Assembly: GCA_963737265.1 (NCBI GenBank)
Contig: CAVTRY010000017.1
Location: 32,001 to 96,000, forward strand
Origin: an uncultured delta proteobacterium
GTDB lineage: Bacteria > Myxococcota_A > Polyangia > Fen-1088
Direction of reading: 5' to 3'
Length of the DNA stretch: 64,000 bases
The first letter of the stretch is position 1. Every line of letters starts with the position of its first letter. The notes under the pieces were generated by a model that had not been told where the DNA came from, searched no databases, and saw only the letters and a program-made list of their open reading frames with translations. Position numbers and translations under genes: made by a program. This document shows positions 42,001 to 52,426 of the stretch, piece after piece.

Positions 42001-42840
42001 GACGAGACGCCCGCCTCGTTAGCCGTATTCGACCATGCCATCGTCTACGTTCCGGCGTTCGATCTCTACGTCGACGGGACCGCGGAGTTCTCCGGTTTGT
42101 CGGAGCTACCCGCCGAGGACCAGGACACCATGGCGCTGCGGGTGTCTCCGCGCGGGATCAAGCTGGTGCGCACGCCGTTGCTTCCGGCCGCCAGCAATCT
42201 GGCGCGCAGGACTTGGACCGCCGACCTGCGTGGCGACGGGGCCGCGCATATCGCCGAGGAGCTTTCGGTCGCCGGTCAGGCGGCCCACGAATGGCGGGCG
42301 CACTACCAAACGCCTGGCGAGCGCATGGAGCGCTACGCGAAGGTGTGGAACGGCAGATTCGCAGGCGCCCAACTAGAAAAGGTGAGGATGGATCTCGATG
42401 ACCGCAACCAGCCGGTGCGCGTGACCGCTGTAGTGAACGTTCCGCATTTCGGTGAGTCGCGCGAACCAGGCACGATGGACCTGCCCATGAGCTCACGCGA
42501 AGCCGACTTCACGCGCACCTATGCCCGGCTGGGCGAGCGGCGTTGGCCCCTGGTGCTGGGCTACCCTTGGCACCATCAAGAACAAGTCACCTACCACTTG
42601 CCGCCCGGAGCGCGTATCGTGCGTGCGCCGAGCACGCATACCATCGCCAGTCCCTTCGGATCATTCACCTCGACGGTGGAAACCCCTGCGGATAGCGGCG
42701 GCATCACCATCAAATCGGAGATCGTGGTCGACCAGAGTCGCATTGCGCGCAACGACTATGCCGCCTTTCGCGCCTTCCTGCGCGACATCGACGCCGCCCT
42801 TTCCGAACGGGTGGTAGTCGACCTCGGGAGAGCGTCGTGA
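39025..42840 (+). CDS. TPR + DUF3857 + transglutaminase-like protein
   Basis: RYVGLEFGIHGY, GDCKDKA and FDHAI..V...D motifs (Cys-His-Asp triad). Confidence 0.85.
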   Translation: MIPSIAEDSQYTSSMIVWRSCIGGRLLAVLVAVFGLSRLAWAAADTSDPVEHAREELRRNHGRPEAIAALSTLARNDDFAAPGRFEQVLRELVDGKLGGPPDPLVLAHAAYLLSLEEDRRGDFGAAESRRKALGFLGDFWVLGSFDAQGRSGFGRVFPVEEERQPLDPRASQHYPGKEREVSWRRAPAGAFVQGAILVDALLRPDSDAVAYLLTYVTSDRDRWAALRLGTSGPGKAWLGGREVWANDVVRPASLDQDAALVHLRRGANPLVIKTVITRGNWRLFARLTDPEGRNLIGVAASANVPARPALAIPNERRSHPVRDLGKILRDRADHASAVDLAQAWLDEALYLAWVMPVDSELKSIETAANKAVPTANTELSLPAIQALLLLGSAAREEDDRRAALERALPALARSDERARVLADLGRLARLQHREDVAIARWRQAVALDPRCVPAELALAREEQRAGMASTALGRLSALPESARLLPLVQDALADILASLGRHREANALYQSIYSTRRSETGAARDLAAAARARGDLVEAARVYGEAARWRPDLTSFVFDQAAMLEGAGEQRAAEGVLRAALARLPEDPGLHEELGRLQARTGETVAAVVSMRRALELRPQNPSLRRYLEALAAAAREKRDPRSVTDLVTHYGADGEALAREVLFGPAPSDDASAEVLLDRSVVRVHANGLSERFVQRLVHVRSDRAARENQETWVRFEPGRQEVEIREARILRRAADGRIEVSEATGRDERELSEPWYGLYYDARAEIVTFENLRAGDVVEVQYTVADVANVNELADYFGDFQMIAETLPTRRWDYTLIAPRRRTFYFNQPRFAGLVRETEESGPDTIYRFVAAPVARVESEPSMPGFAEVAPYLHVSTYRTWDDVGHWYWNLVVDQMQDDGTLKKAAVQATAGVTDTLDKVKAIHRLVVENTRYVGLEFGIHGYKPYKSTQVLLRRFGDCKDKATLLVALLRTLGVDSDLVLLRTRRGGRIDETPASLAVFDHAIVYVPAFDLYVDGTAEFSGLSELPAEDQDTMALRVSPRGIKLVRTPLLPAASNLARRTWTADLRGDGAAHIAEELSVAGQAAHEWRAHYQTPGERMERYAKVWNGRFAGAQLEKVRMDLDDRNQPVRVTAVVNVPHFGESREPGTMDLPMSSREADFTRTYARLGERRWPLVLGYPWHHQEQVTYHLPPGARIVRAPSTHTIASPFGSFTSTVETPADSGGITIKSEIVVDQSRIARNDYAAFRAFLRDIDAALSERVVVDLGRAS

Positions 42841-45800
42841 AGGGTCGGGGATCGTTGAGAGGATCGTCGAGAGGATGGCTGAGCCTGCGCTGGCTGCCGC
42901 TGCTGCTGGTCGGCGCGGCCGGTTGCGCGACAGCGTTGCACGGGCGGCGCTTGCTTGACCCGGGATCCGCCAGCGGCCAGGGCTGGCGGGCCTTGCTTGG
43001 CGGCCAAGCGGCCGTCGCGGACGCGGATTTTTCTCGTGCGCTCGCCCTCGATCCTGCCGATCCGGCGGCGCTTTTCGCGACAGCGAATCTCGCCTACGAA
43101 CGCGGAGACGACGCGACCGCGCTTACGCACTCACTCGCGTTGCTCCGGTCGGCGAGTCTCGGACAGGACCGTCTTGCGGTTGCGCTTTCGACCGCCACGT
43201 TGTCGCGCATTCCGCGTCTCCTGTCCGAAATCCCGGATCGCCGCTCGGCCGAGGACAAGCTCATTGCCCTGGAGCCGGAACGCCTGCCGTGGCAGGCCCA
43301 ATACGCGCTCGCCTTGACCGTCATCGACGTGGCCCGCAGACGCGCGGACGGAAGCCTGCTGGCCCAGGAATCGACCCGCGCCGGTTGCGTCTCGGCTGTT
43401 TCCTATGTGGGAGTCGGTGGGCGGCTGCCCTATCTCGACCTCGGCGGGGAAAGCCAGCTTGCCGAAATTCCGCCGCGCTCGCTGGAGCCGGCGGGCTGTC
43501 AGTTCCAACTAAACGCCGCCGACAACCGGGCCGCGGTCAGAATCCTGCGCTCCGAGGTTGAGCTTCGTCAAGGACGCTACGACATCGTGCTCGACTACGC
43601 TGGGCCGGCTCGCGTGCGCGTCGATCGCGGGCCGTGGCACCAGCATGGCGGCTCGTCCGATGTCTACGGTCCCCGTTGGTCGGCGCAACGGCTCGACGTC
43701 CCGGCGGGCAAACACGTGATCGAGCTGCGACTTGGGACCTATGGACCGACCGCCGGTGTGGCGCTGCTGGTAGTGCCGGCGGTCGAGGCAAGGATCGACA
43801 ATGCGATGGATCCGGCGGAGGCCGCCTTGGCGGACTTATCCGCTGCCCTCGTCGCCAATCTGACCGGCGAGGTCGATGGCCTTCTCACCCACATTGCACG
43901 CCTGTCGGCCAGCTCGCACTTCGCGCTTGGGTTGGCGGCCGCCGCGCGACTCGGCGAAGCGGATCCGACCCGTCCGGCGGACATCCTGCACGACGAATCT
44001 CGCCACCTGTGGCAGCAGGCTCTGGCGGTCGACCCGCACCTGGCCAGGGTTTGGCTCGATCTCGCCAACCTGGAAACGCAGAGCGATCGGCCGCGCGAGG
44101 CGGCCGAAAACGCCGAGCGCGCGCGGCAAGCGGCACCGGGGTGGTGGCCGGCGCATCAGGCTGTGGCCGCGGCTTTGCGAACGCAGGGGTTCGAGGCACC
44201 GGCCGACAGCGCGCTGGCCGCAGGACTGGCGCTGGTCGAGAGCGGGCAGGGCGGATGCCAGTTGCTCGAACGCGGCTTCCAGCGCGCCCTGGAGCGCGAG
44301 GAGCAAAGCTTGGCTGAGCATTTCGCGGACCTGCTCGCTCGCTGCGACGCCCAGAACGACAGCCCGCGCTATTGGGCTCACAGGCACGGCGATCTCGCCA
44401 AGGTCGAATCGCTGCTGCGGCGCGCGCTCGCTACCAGCGCAGAGCCACTCTGGGCGCGCGGAGAAATCGCCGACCTGCGGCTGGCCCAGGGGGACGCTGG
44501 CAGTGCGCAGCAGGAGCTGGCGGCGCTGGTCGATCGGGCGCCCCGCGACGCACATCTTCGCATCCGTCTGGCGGACGCCCAAATGGCGGCGGGCGCTCCG
44601 AATCAGGCGCGCGCGACGATCGTTGAGGCGCTCCAGCTCTTTCCCGGCCGCCAAGACGTAAGGCAGGTAGCGCGCCTGGCGGGTCTGCCGCTGCCGCTCG
44701 ATGACTTTCGTCTCGACGGTGCGGCGGTCATCCGCGAATACCTGGCGTCGGGCCGAAGGTACCAGGCCCCCGCCGTGGTCGTGCTCGACCGCGCCGTCGA
44801 GCGGGTGTTTTTCGACGGCACGCGACTCGTTCTCACCCATTCCATCACCCAGGTTCTGAGCAAGGACGCCATCGAGAACGTCGGTGAAGTTCAGGTGCCA
44901 AGTGGAGCAGAAATCCTCGCGCTGCGCACCCGCAAGGCGGACGGGACCCTGCGCGAGGCCGAGGAGATCGCCGGCAAGGCAAGCGTTTCAGTTCCCGATC
45001 TCGGGGTCGGCGACTTTGTCGAATCGGAAACCCTAGAGGTCAAGGAGCCACGCGAGGCGTTTGCGCCTGGCTTTATCGGCGAGCGCTTCTTCTTTCGCTC
45101 GCCCGAGGCTCCGCTCGATCGCAGCGAGTACCTTCTCGTCGCGCCCAAGGCCATGCCTCTCGACGTGAATCGGCGCGCCGACGCGCCGGCGCCGGTCGAG
45201 TCGGCCGGACCGGACGAAACGCGCGTCCTCAAGTTCGTCGTGCGTGAATCGCCGCAAATTTTTCCCGAGCGCTCCGCGGTCACTGCGTCCGAGTGGGTTC
45301 CTTCGGTGCGCGTATCGAGCGGCGTGACGCTGGAAGCGTGGTCGAGGTTTCTCGCCGATCGCTTGGCACGTGTCTCCCGCGCTTCGCCCGAGGTGCGCAG
45401 AGTAGCGGTGGACGTCGCGCGGCGATCGGGAGCAGATCGCAGCCGACTTCCGGAAGCCATCGTGGCTTGGGTCCGCGAGCATATCGAGCCCGAGGCCGAT
45501 ATCTGGGAGCCCGCCACGGTCACCCTGGCGCGCAACCGCGGCAACCGCGCCGGACTGATCGTCGCGCTGGCGCGCAGCCTAAACGTTCCCGCCGACCTGG
45601 TGATGGCGCGGTCGCTGCTATTTGCCGAGGCGGACGCTCCAACATCGATGCAGGAGCTGGACGACTTTCACGACTTGCTCGTGCGCTTTCGCCTGCCTGA
45701 CGGGGATCGTTTTGTGGATCCGCGGCTGCGGCGCGCCCCCTTCGCCTATCTTCTGCCCGGGCTCGATGGCGCCCCGGCTGTCGTGGTTGGGACGAGCGAG

Positions 45801-46490
45801 AAGGTAAAAGTGGCGGCGGGCGTGAAAGACAGCCGCGAGGTGACCCTGCGCGCGCGGCTGTCATCGGACGGCGGAGCCACCGTCGCCGTGACCGAACAGC
45901 TTTCCGGCTGGCCGGCGGTCGAGTGGACGGAAATGCTCGATCACGCGGGCAGGGATCGGACAAAGTTGCGCCAAGAGTTCGAGCAGCACTGGCTTGGGCA
46001 ACATTTCCCGGGGGCGCAGCTCGGCGAGCTCTTGGTCGAGCCGGGCGAAGGCAGCGCCGGCACGCGCGTGAGCTACACCTTCAAGGCAGCGCGCATGGCT
46101 GCCCGGCAGGGCGGCGTGCTGCGCTTGCGCCCGGCATTTTTTCAATCCCAACCCGGTCGGCGTTTCGGCACCGAGCCCAACCGCAAAACCGCGCTCATGC
46201 TGGGCTTCGATGTTCCGCTGGACCTTGACGCCGAAATCGAGCTGCCACTCGGTGCAAAGGTTCTGGAGCTAGGGCAGGGGGTCGACGTGGTCGCTGGCGG
46301 CGCTCGCTTTTCCGAACAGCGGCGAGTGAGCTCCGTGGGCGAGGCAGCGGTGAGCATCACCTTGCACCGCCAGTCGCACCTCCCCATCATGCGCGTGCTG
46401 CCCGGCGAATATCAGGACTTCGCCACCAAGTTGCGCGCGGTTGATCCAATCGAACAAGCCGAAATCCGCATCGCGGTGCCAGGAAAGTAG
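42837..46490 (+). CDS. TPR + DUF3857-like protein with a probably inactive transglutaminase fold
   Basis: Same layout as the upstream gene, but RGNRAG stands where GDCKDK occurs there. Lipobox-like AAGC. Confidence 0.7.
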   Translation: MKGRGSLRGSSRGWLSLRWLPLLLVGAAGCATALHGRRLLDPGSASGQGWRALLGGQAAVADADFSRALALDPADPAALFATANLAYERGDDATALTHSLALLRSASLGQDRLAVALSTATLSRIPRLLSEIPDRRSAEDKLIALEPERLPWQAQYALALTVIDVARRRADGSLLAQESTRAGCVSAVSYVGVGGRLPYLDLGGESQLAEIPPRSLEPAGCQFQLNAADNRAAVRILRSEVELRQGRYDIVLDYAGPARVRVDRGPWHQHGGSSDVYGPRWSAQRLDVPAGKHVIELRLGTYGPTAGVALLVVPAVEARIDNAMDPAEAALADLSAALVANLTGEVDGLLTHIARLSASSHFALGLAAAARLGEADPTRPADILHDESRHLWQQALAVDPHLARVWLDLANLETQSDRPREAAENAERARQAAPGWWPAHQAVAAALRTQGFEAPADSALAAGLALVESGQGGCQLLERGFQRALEREEQSLAEHFADLLARCDAQNDSPRYWAHRHGDLAKVESLLRRALATSAEPLWARGEIADLRLAQGDAGSAQQELAALVDRAPRDAHLRIRLADAQMAAGAPNQARATIVEALQLFPGRQDVRQVARLAGLPLPLDDFRLDGAAVIREYLASGRRYQAPAVVVLDRAVERVFFDGTRLVLTHSITQVLSKDAIENVGEVQVPSGAEILALRTRKADGTLREAEEIAGKASVSVPDLGVGDFVESETLEVKEPREAFAPGFIGERFFFRSPEAPLDRSEYLLVAPKAMPLDVNRRADAPAPVESAGPDETRVLKFVVRESPQIFPERSAVTASEWVPSVRVSSGVTLEAWSRFLADRLARVSRASPEVRRVAVDVARRSGADRSRLPEAIVAWVREHIEPEADIWEPATVTLARNRGNRAGLIVALARSLNVPADLVMARSLLFAEADAPTSMQELDDFHDLLVRFRLPDGDRFVDPRLRRAPFAYLLPGLDGAPAVVVGTSEKVKVAAGVKDSREVTLRARLSSDGGATVAVTEQLSGWPAVEWTEMLDHAGRDRTKLRQEFEQHWLGQHFPGAQLGELLVEPGEGSAGTRVSYTFKAARMAARQGGVLRLRPAFFQSQPGRRFGTEPNRKTALMLGFDVPLDLDAEIELPLGAKVLELGQGVDVVAGGARFSEQRRVSSVGEAAVSITLHRQSHLPIMRVLPGEYQDFATKLRAVDPIEQAEIRIAVPGK

Positions 46491-46745
46491 GCCGCGCTCT
46501 TCCACAAAGTTCCACAGGGCTGCGTCTGTTTGCCACCAGACAGCCCACGCTGAATGGCGGCGTGGCGGCGATAGGGTACTTGACAAAATCTGGCCCAGAG
46601 ACAATATCGCATCGCAAACGTAACACCCCAATGGAAGCTGCGTCGTCTGGCCTCGTGTGGTGCGCGCATTGTGAGGCGGCTGGCGGCGCAATCACCGGTT
46701 ATTGCCGCATTCCAGGCGACGCTGGTGCCGAAGGCTGAGGCCCAT

Positions 46746-48185
46746 ATGGCGACGTGCGGTAAAGTGGCTTCCTGGCTATCTTCCGTGCGTCGGTGGGGCA
46801 CCGCCGACTGGCTCGCGGTGCTCGTGAACGCATTGGGCCTAGCACTGCGCGTTGAGCATGCCTGCACGTTCGACAGCGTAGAGCATGGCGCCGACTACCT
46901 TCGCCACATGGAGGGCGTCAACTGGATGATGCACCACTGGCGCCCTTTCGACTTCACGCCCGACATCAGCTGGACAACCAGCTATCAGGGCCCGCTCTGG
47001 TACGCCGTGGGCGGGGTCATCAAGCTGATATTCCAAAGCGATCGCGCGCTGGCGAGCATTGCGGTGCTGGGTTGGGTCGTGCGTCAGTTCGTGCTGAGCC
47101 GTTTCATGGCGCACACCATTCCACGGAAAAAATGGGCGACACTAATCGTGCTCACCTTCGGCGCGTTCCTACCCATCAGCGTCGAGACCGACGGCACCAT
47201 CAACCCCGAAACCTTGCACAGCACGATGTTCGCCGTCGGGGCGTTCTGGCTCTGGCGAATGGAACTCGAAGCGCGACGGCCGACGGGGATCCGCACCAGT
47301 ACGGCGCTGATTTTCGGCGTGTCTGCCGGCTTTGCGGTCTTGACCAAGGCGACCTCGGGGACCCTTCCTCTGGCTGCGGCGTTACTCGTGGCTTGGCAGA
47401 CTTTCGATGCGCGTGCGCGCGGGGAGAGCTTTCGCACGACCTGGCAGCGGCTGTTGCGCCCGAACGTACTCGCGGGTCTCGCGTGGTGCGTCGTGGCAGG
47501 CGGCTGGGTCGGCCCGAATCTACTAAAATATCATCACCCGTTCCCACACGCCTGGGATCTTCACCCGCACATGCTCGATGACATTCCTGAGGCGCAGTTC
47601 CCGTTTCTGTATCGCAGACCGCTCGGGTGGGCACTGCCGTTCGATTGGCATCCTTGGCTCGAAGAGCCGCTGCAGCAATCGTATCTCGTGCCCCGACCCA
47701 ACGCTTGGGCCCAATTCATCACTGGCACGTGGGCGGATTTGATCAACCGCGGCTTCTGTCGCCTTCATGGTGGCGGCGTGACGACCAAGTTTTTCGACGG
47801 TTGGCCGGTGAGCGGCCGCTGCGTTCAAGTGATGTCCGTACTCGCCCACGTCGGTCTTTTCATGAGCGTGGTCGTGGTGTTCTTTTTGCTACGCAATGCC
47901 GTGAAGTCCCTGCGTAGCGCACGACAAGAGGGCACGCTCGCGCTGCCCCTCGTTGCGATGCTCTGCTTTGGGTTCACGTTCCTCTTTACCCTGAAGTATC
48001 CGGTCGACGGGATGGTGTCGACCAATGCACGCTACATTTTGCCAATCTCAATCCCGCTGATGGCATCGCTCGGTATCGGTCTGTCCGATATCAGGCGCAA
48101 TCGCTTGCGATGCGTGGCGCTTTCATTGCTTGGTGTCATCGCGACGCTGGTCGCCGTATTGGTGACCTACGAGCGTTGGGGGTGA
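46746..48185 (+). CDS. Multi-TM protein, probably a GT-C/ArnT-PMT-like glycosyltransferase
   Basis: YQGPLWY, AVLTKAT and ARYILP motifs, about 11 TM segments. Confidence 0.6.
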   Translation: MATCGKVASWLSSVRRWGTADWLAVLVNALGLALRVEHACTFDSVEHGADYLRHMEGVNWMMHHWRPFDFTPDISWTTSYQGPLWYAVGGVIKLIFQSDRALASIAVLGWVVRQFVLSRFMAHTIPRKKWATLIVLTFGAFLPISVETDGTINPETLHSTMFAVGAFWLWRMELEARRPTGIRTSTALIFGVSAGFAVLTKATSGTLPLAAALLVAWQTFDARARGESFRTTWQRLLRPNVLAGLAWCVVAGGWVGPNLLKYHHPFPHAWDLHPHMLDDIPEAQFPFLYRRPLGWALPFDWHPWLEEPLQQSYLVPRPNAWAQFITGTWADLINRGFCRLHGGGVTTKFFDGWPVSGRCVQVMSVLAHVGLFMSVVVVFFLLRNAVKSLRSARQEGTLALPLVAMLCFGFTFLFTLKYPVDGMVSTNARYILPISIPLMASLGIGLSDIRRNRLRCVALSLLGVIATLVAVLVTYERWG

Positions 48186-48209
48186 GCTGGCGAGGATGCT
48201 GACAGTTCT

Positions 48210-51200
48210 TCAGGTCTTGAGATCCCCCTCGCTCTCCGTCTCGCCTTCCTCGCCCGCTTCCTCGTCATCGGCGGCCACGCCGCCTTTGCGGATCAGGTCG
48301 AGAAGATCGTCGCCGTCCAGGCGGGCGGCGATGTCGGCGCCGTCGAGGATGCTGGCGGCGAGCTGGCGTTTCTCTTCGTGCAGGGACAGCACGGCCTCCT
48401 CGATGGTGCCGCGTGCGACCATGCGGATCACGGTGACCGGGCGCTCTTGGCCGATGCGGTGGGCGCGGTCGGTGGCCTGATCTTCAACGGCGGGGTTCCA
48501 CCACGGGTCGAGGTGGATGACGTAGGTGGCTGCGGTCAGGTTCAGGCCGGTGCCGCCCGCGCGCAGCGAGAGCAAAAAGGCGTCGGCGGTGCCGGCCTGG
48601 AAGGCACGTACGCGCTCTTCGCGCTCTGCTGCCGGCGTAGAGCCGTCGAGCGTGAGCGTGCGCAGCCCCGCCTGGGTCAGCAGCGGGCGAGCCAGATCCA
48701 AGAAACTGGTGAACTGGCTGAATACCAGGGCGCGATGGCCTTCGTCGCGCAGCTCGGCAATCAGCTCGACCAGCGCGGCCAGCTTGGACGAGCCGGCGGT
48801 GCTGTCCTTGACCACCAGGCGCGGGTGGCAGCACAGCAAGCGCAACCGGGTGAGCGCGGCCAGGATCTTGATCCGTTGCCTGGCATCGTCGCCAACGCCG
48901 GCAGCAGAGCTCTTGGCCAGACTCTCCAGCGCTTCGATGCGCGCGGCTTCGTAGAGCCGGCGCTCGATCGGGCCAAGCTCGATGGTTTGGTTCATCTCGG
49001 TGCGCGAGGGAAGCTCGGGCGCGACCTCGACCTTGGTCCGCCGCAGAAGAAACGGCCGCACCACGCGCGCCAATCCCAACTGTCGGGCGCGGTCGTGATG
49101 GCGTTCGATGGGCACGGCGAAGCGCTGGCGGAACTGATCCCACGAACCGAGCAGGCCGGGAGTGACCAGACGGAAGATGGCCCACAGCTCGCCGAGGTGG
49201 TTTTCGATGGGTGTGCCAGTAAGCGCCAGGCGAAAGTCCGCCTGTAGATCGCGTACCGCGCGGAACCTGTGCGTCAGCGCGTTTTTCACCGACTGCGCCT
49301 CATCGATGATCAGGGTTGAAAACGAAATCGCGCCCAGCGCCTCGGCATCCCGTACCGCGATAGCGTAGCTCGTGATGAGCAGTCCGCCCTTGCCGAGATC
49401 GTCGAGCAAGGGCGCGCGGTCTCGGCCTCGATAGACGCGCGGCAAGAGACCGGGTGCGAACTTCGCGCACTCCGCCGCCCAGTTGGCCACCACCGAGGTG
49501 GGCGCGATGACCAGGGCCGGTCCGAGGGCAGCCCGCTGCAAGAGCAGCGCGAGCGCCTGCAGGGTTTTCCCCAAGCCCATGTCGTCGGCCAAACACGCGC
49601 CGAGACCCCAGCCGGCGAGCCGAGCCAGCCACTCGAAACCATCGCGCTGGTAGTGGCGCAGCGTCGCTCGCAGGCCGTCGGGCAGCACCGCCGTCTCGGT
49701 TCGCGCTACCTCCAGCCGGCCGAGCACGGCGCGGAACGCGGGCACCATATCGAGCTGACTCCGATCCTCTACCAGCTCGGCCAGCACCGGTGCCGCCAGA
49801 AGACCGAGCTCGATCGCGCCCTGGTTGTCGAAGACCACGTCGTCGAGCGCGGCCAGCCGCTCGCGCAGGTCGTTCTCCAGGGTGGCGAAGCGGTGGGCGT
49901 TCAGCCTGACATAGCGCCGGCCCGTGCGCGCCGCGGCCAGAAGCTCGGACAGCGGTACGCGTGCGCCGTCGATCTCGATCCCACCCTCCACGCCGAACCA
50001 GTCGCGCCGGCGCTGGACCTGCACCTTCAGCGATGCCCGCACGACACGATCCACGCGGATTTCTCCCGCCGGCCATTCCACCTCCGCCAGCTCGGGCAAG
50101 TCGCGCAGCTTGCCCAGTACATCGAGCGCGATGTCGTCGTCAGGCACGTCCCAGCGCCAGGTGCCATTCGCGGTCGCATCGTCTAGACCGAGCACGCGCG
50201 CCAAGTGTACCGCGCGCTCGCGCTCGGCGCCGAGCGTGCGCAGAGCGTGCAAGTGGCGCCCATCGCGTGCGTGTAACACCTCGGGCGGACCTTCGCCGGG
50301 CGGAAACAGTGGACCGCTCGTGATGGGCCGTACCGCCATGTCCAGGCGCACGCCGGACTCGGGCAGCGGTTCCAGCCGGCACAACGTGGTGGTGGGCGGC
50401 TCCACGCGCTCGCCGCGCACGGCTTCCGGCAAATGGACATCGAGCGAGCCCTGCATCCGGGGTAACCGCCCCACCAACTCTGCCAGCGCCTCGGCCGGCA
50501 GCTCGACAGGAAAGCTGGCCATCGCCCTCAGCAGCGCGATCGTCTCGGGCTCCAGCAAGGTGAGGAGGCAGCGGCTGTGCTCGAGGTCCAGCCACACCAC
50601 ATGGCGGCCGTCGGTGGCCGCGTTGAGCAGGACGGCTGGCTCGAAATCGGATGGACCCAAGGCGAGCCGCAGCCGGAAGCCGCCTTGGGGACCACCTTCG
50701 CTGGACTCGACCCTCAGCGCGGGCCGCACCTTGCGTACCGCGATGGGCACGGCGCGCGCCGAATCGGCGAACACGCGTGTCGACCCCGCCAGCGCGGCGA
50801 GCGCGCGCCAAACCTGGCGCGGCGTCTGTTCGTTTCTTGGATAGTAACCCGCGTGGGTGTCGCGCGAGTACATCAGTCCTTCAAACGCGCCGCGATCCGC
50901 GGGATCGCGCAGAAGCTCGGTTTTACGCTCGAGCTCATCCAAGCGCAGGCGCTGGCCGCGGCCCCAGGCTCCGCGCTTGCCCAGCGCCTGACGGACCGGG
51001 TAGACGGCCAGTCTGCTGTTTTTCTGGACGAGGTCCCAGACCAGGCGCTGGCCCCCGTCCGCGATCGTTGCGATCTGGCCTAGCCCCACGTCCAGACGGT
51101 CGAGCAAGCGCGACCAACCTGGCACGCGTAGCACCGGCGCCACCTCCCTCGCCAGCGGATCCGCAGGATCGCGCAAGACCTCCAGCAACTCGTGGAGCGC

Positions 51201-52289
51201 GGACAGTCGGTGCGGGCAAGCCTGCGGGTCGCGGCAGCGCTTGCACTCCAGGCGCAGGTTGCCACCGTCCCAGGCCGAAAGGTCGACAACCACCGTCGGC
51301 TCGCCTTCTCTGTCGGGCGTCCTCCCGTCGTGGACGTTCCATTCCCGGTAGGTAAGGCTAGGCAGATCGGTGGCCAGAGAGATCCTCCCGGGTAAGAAGG
51401 TGCCCGCCGGGCGCGGTTTGGCCCCCGTCGCCAGTCGATCATATTGTTGATGGATCAGTGCCTCTAACCGCACTACGAAGGGATCGTCGACCGGGCGGGC
51501 ACTTGCGTCACGCTCGATCTGCCGACGTTTCACGATGGCCAGCGCCTGCGCCGCGCGGTGCAGGTAAGCTTTGGCCATTCCCACGATCTGAAGGGTCAGG
51601 TCAGCTCGGTAGTGCCGCGGAGCCACCAGGCTGACCGGTTTCGCAAGCACAGCCTCACCAATGGTGGCGGGCAGCCCATTGGGGGTGAAGCCGTAGTTCG
51701 AGGTGCGCAGGTATTCGAGGTCCATCCGGTCGGCCAGTCGTTCCTTCACCCCATACCTCTCGGCCCATCGATCGAGCGCCTCGCCAACTTGCGGCGGCGC
51801 CTCGACGGCGGGCAAAATCTCGCGCGCCTGCTGTGTCGTCGCTGGGCGTTGAGTCTTGAGGTCGGGGAGTGTGACCCTCTTACCGGTGAAGATGTCGTCG
51901 TCGTCATCGCCGTCGTCGTTATCGTCGTCGTCGGCACCGGCATCGGCGTCGATAGCGGCGTTGACAGCCTGGCCCGACACGCCTGCCGCTTCCACCGGGT
52001 GCGAACCGGCCCCGGCGTCATTGGAGGTCAGCCAGCTCCACAGGTGGTCGCGCACCTGCCTCGCGATATCCGGTGCGGCTCGGTTTCCGAGCAACCCTTC
52101 GGCCTCGCTGGTGCACAGATTGCTGACCCGTTCGATCCTGAGAATCATGGCCGCGATCTCCACCGCGCGCGCCACCTGGCGGGGTAGCCTGTTCGAGCGG
52201 AGGAAGTCCTCGATGCGGAGGTCGAGCATTGCCACAGCCCGAGTGGTTTTCAAGGCGGCGGGGATGCCTGCGAGTGTGGTCGGTGTCAT
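48210..52289 (-). CDS. SNF2-family helicase with a SWIM-like zinc finger
   Basis: CKRC..CPH, LADDMGLGKT, DEAQ, TGTPIEN, GGTGLNL and QATDRAHRIGQ motifs. Confidence 0.92.
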   Translation of the reverse strand: MTPTTLAGIPAALKTTRAVAMLDLRIEDFLRSNRLPRQVARAVEIAAMILRIERVSNLCTSEAEGLLGNRAAPDIARQVRDHLWSWLTSNDAGAGSHPVEAAGVSGQAVNAAIDADAGADDDDNDDGDDDDDIFTGKRVTLPDLKTQRPATTQQAREILPAVEAPPQVGEALDRWAERYGVKERLADRMDLEYLRTSNYGFTPNGLPATIGEAVLAKPVSLVAPRHYRADLTLQIVGMAKAYLHRAAQALAIVKRRQIERDASARPVDDPFVVRLEALIHQQYDRLATGAKPRPAGTFLPGRISLATDLPSLTYREWNVHDGRTPDREGEPTVVVDLSAWDGGNLRLECKRCRDPQACPHRLSALHELLEVLRDPADPLAREVAPVLRVPGWSRLLDRLDVGLGQIATIADGGQRLVWDLVQKNSRLAVYPVRQALGKRGAWGRGQRLRLDELERKTELLRDPADRGAFEGLMYSRDTHAGYYPRNEQTPRQVWRALAALAGSTRVFADSARAVPIAVRKVRPALRVESSEGGPQGGFRLRLALGPSDFEPAVLLNAATDGRHVVWLDLEHSRCLLTLLEPETIALLRAMASFPVELPAEALAELVGRLPRMQGSLDVHLPEAVRGERVEPPTTTLCRLEPLPESGVRLDMAVRPITSGPLFPPGEGPPEVLHARDGRHLHALRTLGAERERAVHLARVLGLDDATANGTWRWDVPDDDIALDVLGKLRDLPELAEVEWPAGEIRVDRVVRASLKVQVQRRRDWFGVEGGIEIDGARVPLSELLAAARTGRRYVRLNAHRFATLENDLRERLAALDDVVFDNQGAIELGLLAAPVLAELVEDRSQLDMVPAFRAVLGRLEVARTETAVLPDGLRATLRHYQRDGFEWLARLAGWGLGACLADDMGLGKTLQALALLLQRAALGPALVIAPTSVVANWAAECAKFAPGLLPRVYRGRDRAPLLDDLGKGGLLITSYAIAVRDAEALGAISFSTLIIDEAQSVKNALTHRFRAVRDLQADFRLALTGTPIENHLGELWAIFRLVTPGLLGSWDQFRQRFAVPIERHHDRARQLGLARVVRPFLLRRTKVEVAPELPSRTEMNQTIELGPIERRLYEAARIEALESLAKSSAAGVGDDARQRIKILAALTRLRLLCCHPRLVVKDSTAGSSKLAALVELIAELRDEGHRALVFSQFTSFLDLARPLLTQAGLRTLTLDGSTPAAEREERVRAFQAGTADAFLLSLRAGGTGLNLTAATYVIHLDPWWNPAVEDQATDRAHRIGQERPVTVIRMVARGTIEEAVLSLHEEKRQLAASILDGADIAARLDGDDLLDLIRKGGVAADDEEAGEEGETESEGDLKT

Positions 52290-52426
52290 GAGGATATCCG
52301 TAGCGGGCGGCAAGCACTCAAGTTGTGCCCGTGCCACGACAAACGGCTATCACATCTAGCCTCCCCTGGGGTTGATTCTCAGGATCCGTAATCCCGCGAT
52401 AAGGCGCAGAAGGTCGTGGTCCTGGC

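Noticed and set aside
46499-46520. TTCCACA twice as DnaA boxes / oriC
   Set aside because: Only two imperfect matches to TTATCCACA, with no AT-rich unwinding element and no dnaA context.
46580-46610. Perfect TTGACA as a sigma70 promoter
   Set aside because: The best -10 candidate (GACAAT) is only 14 bp away, so the spacing does not support a confident call.
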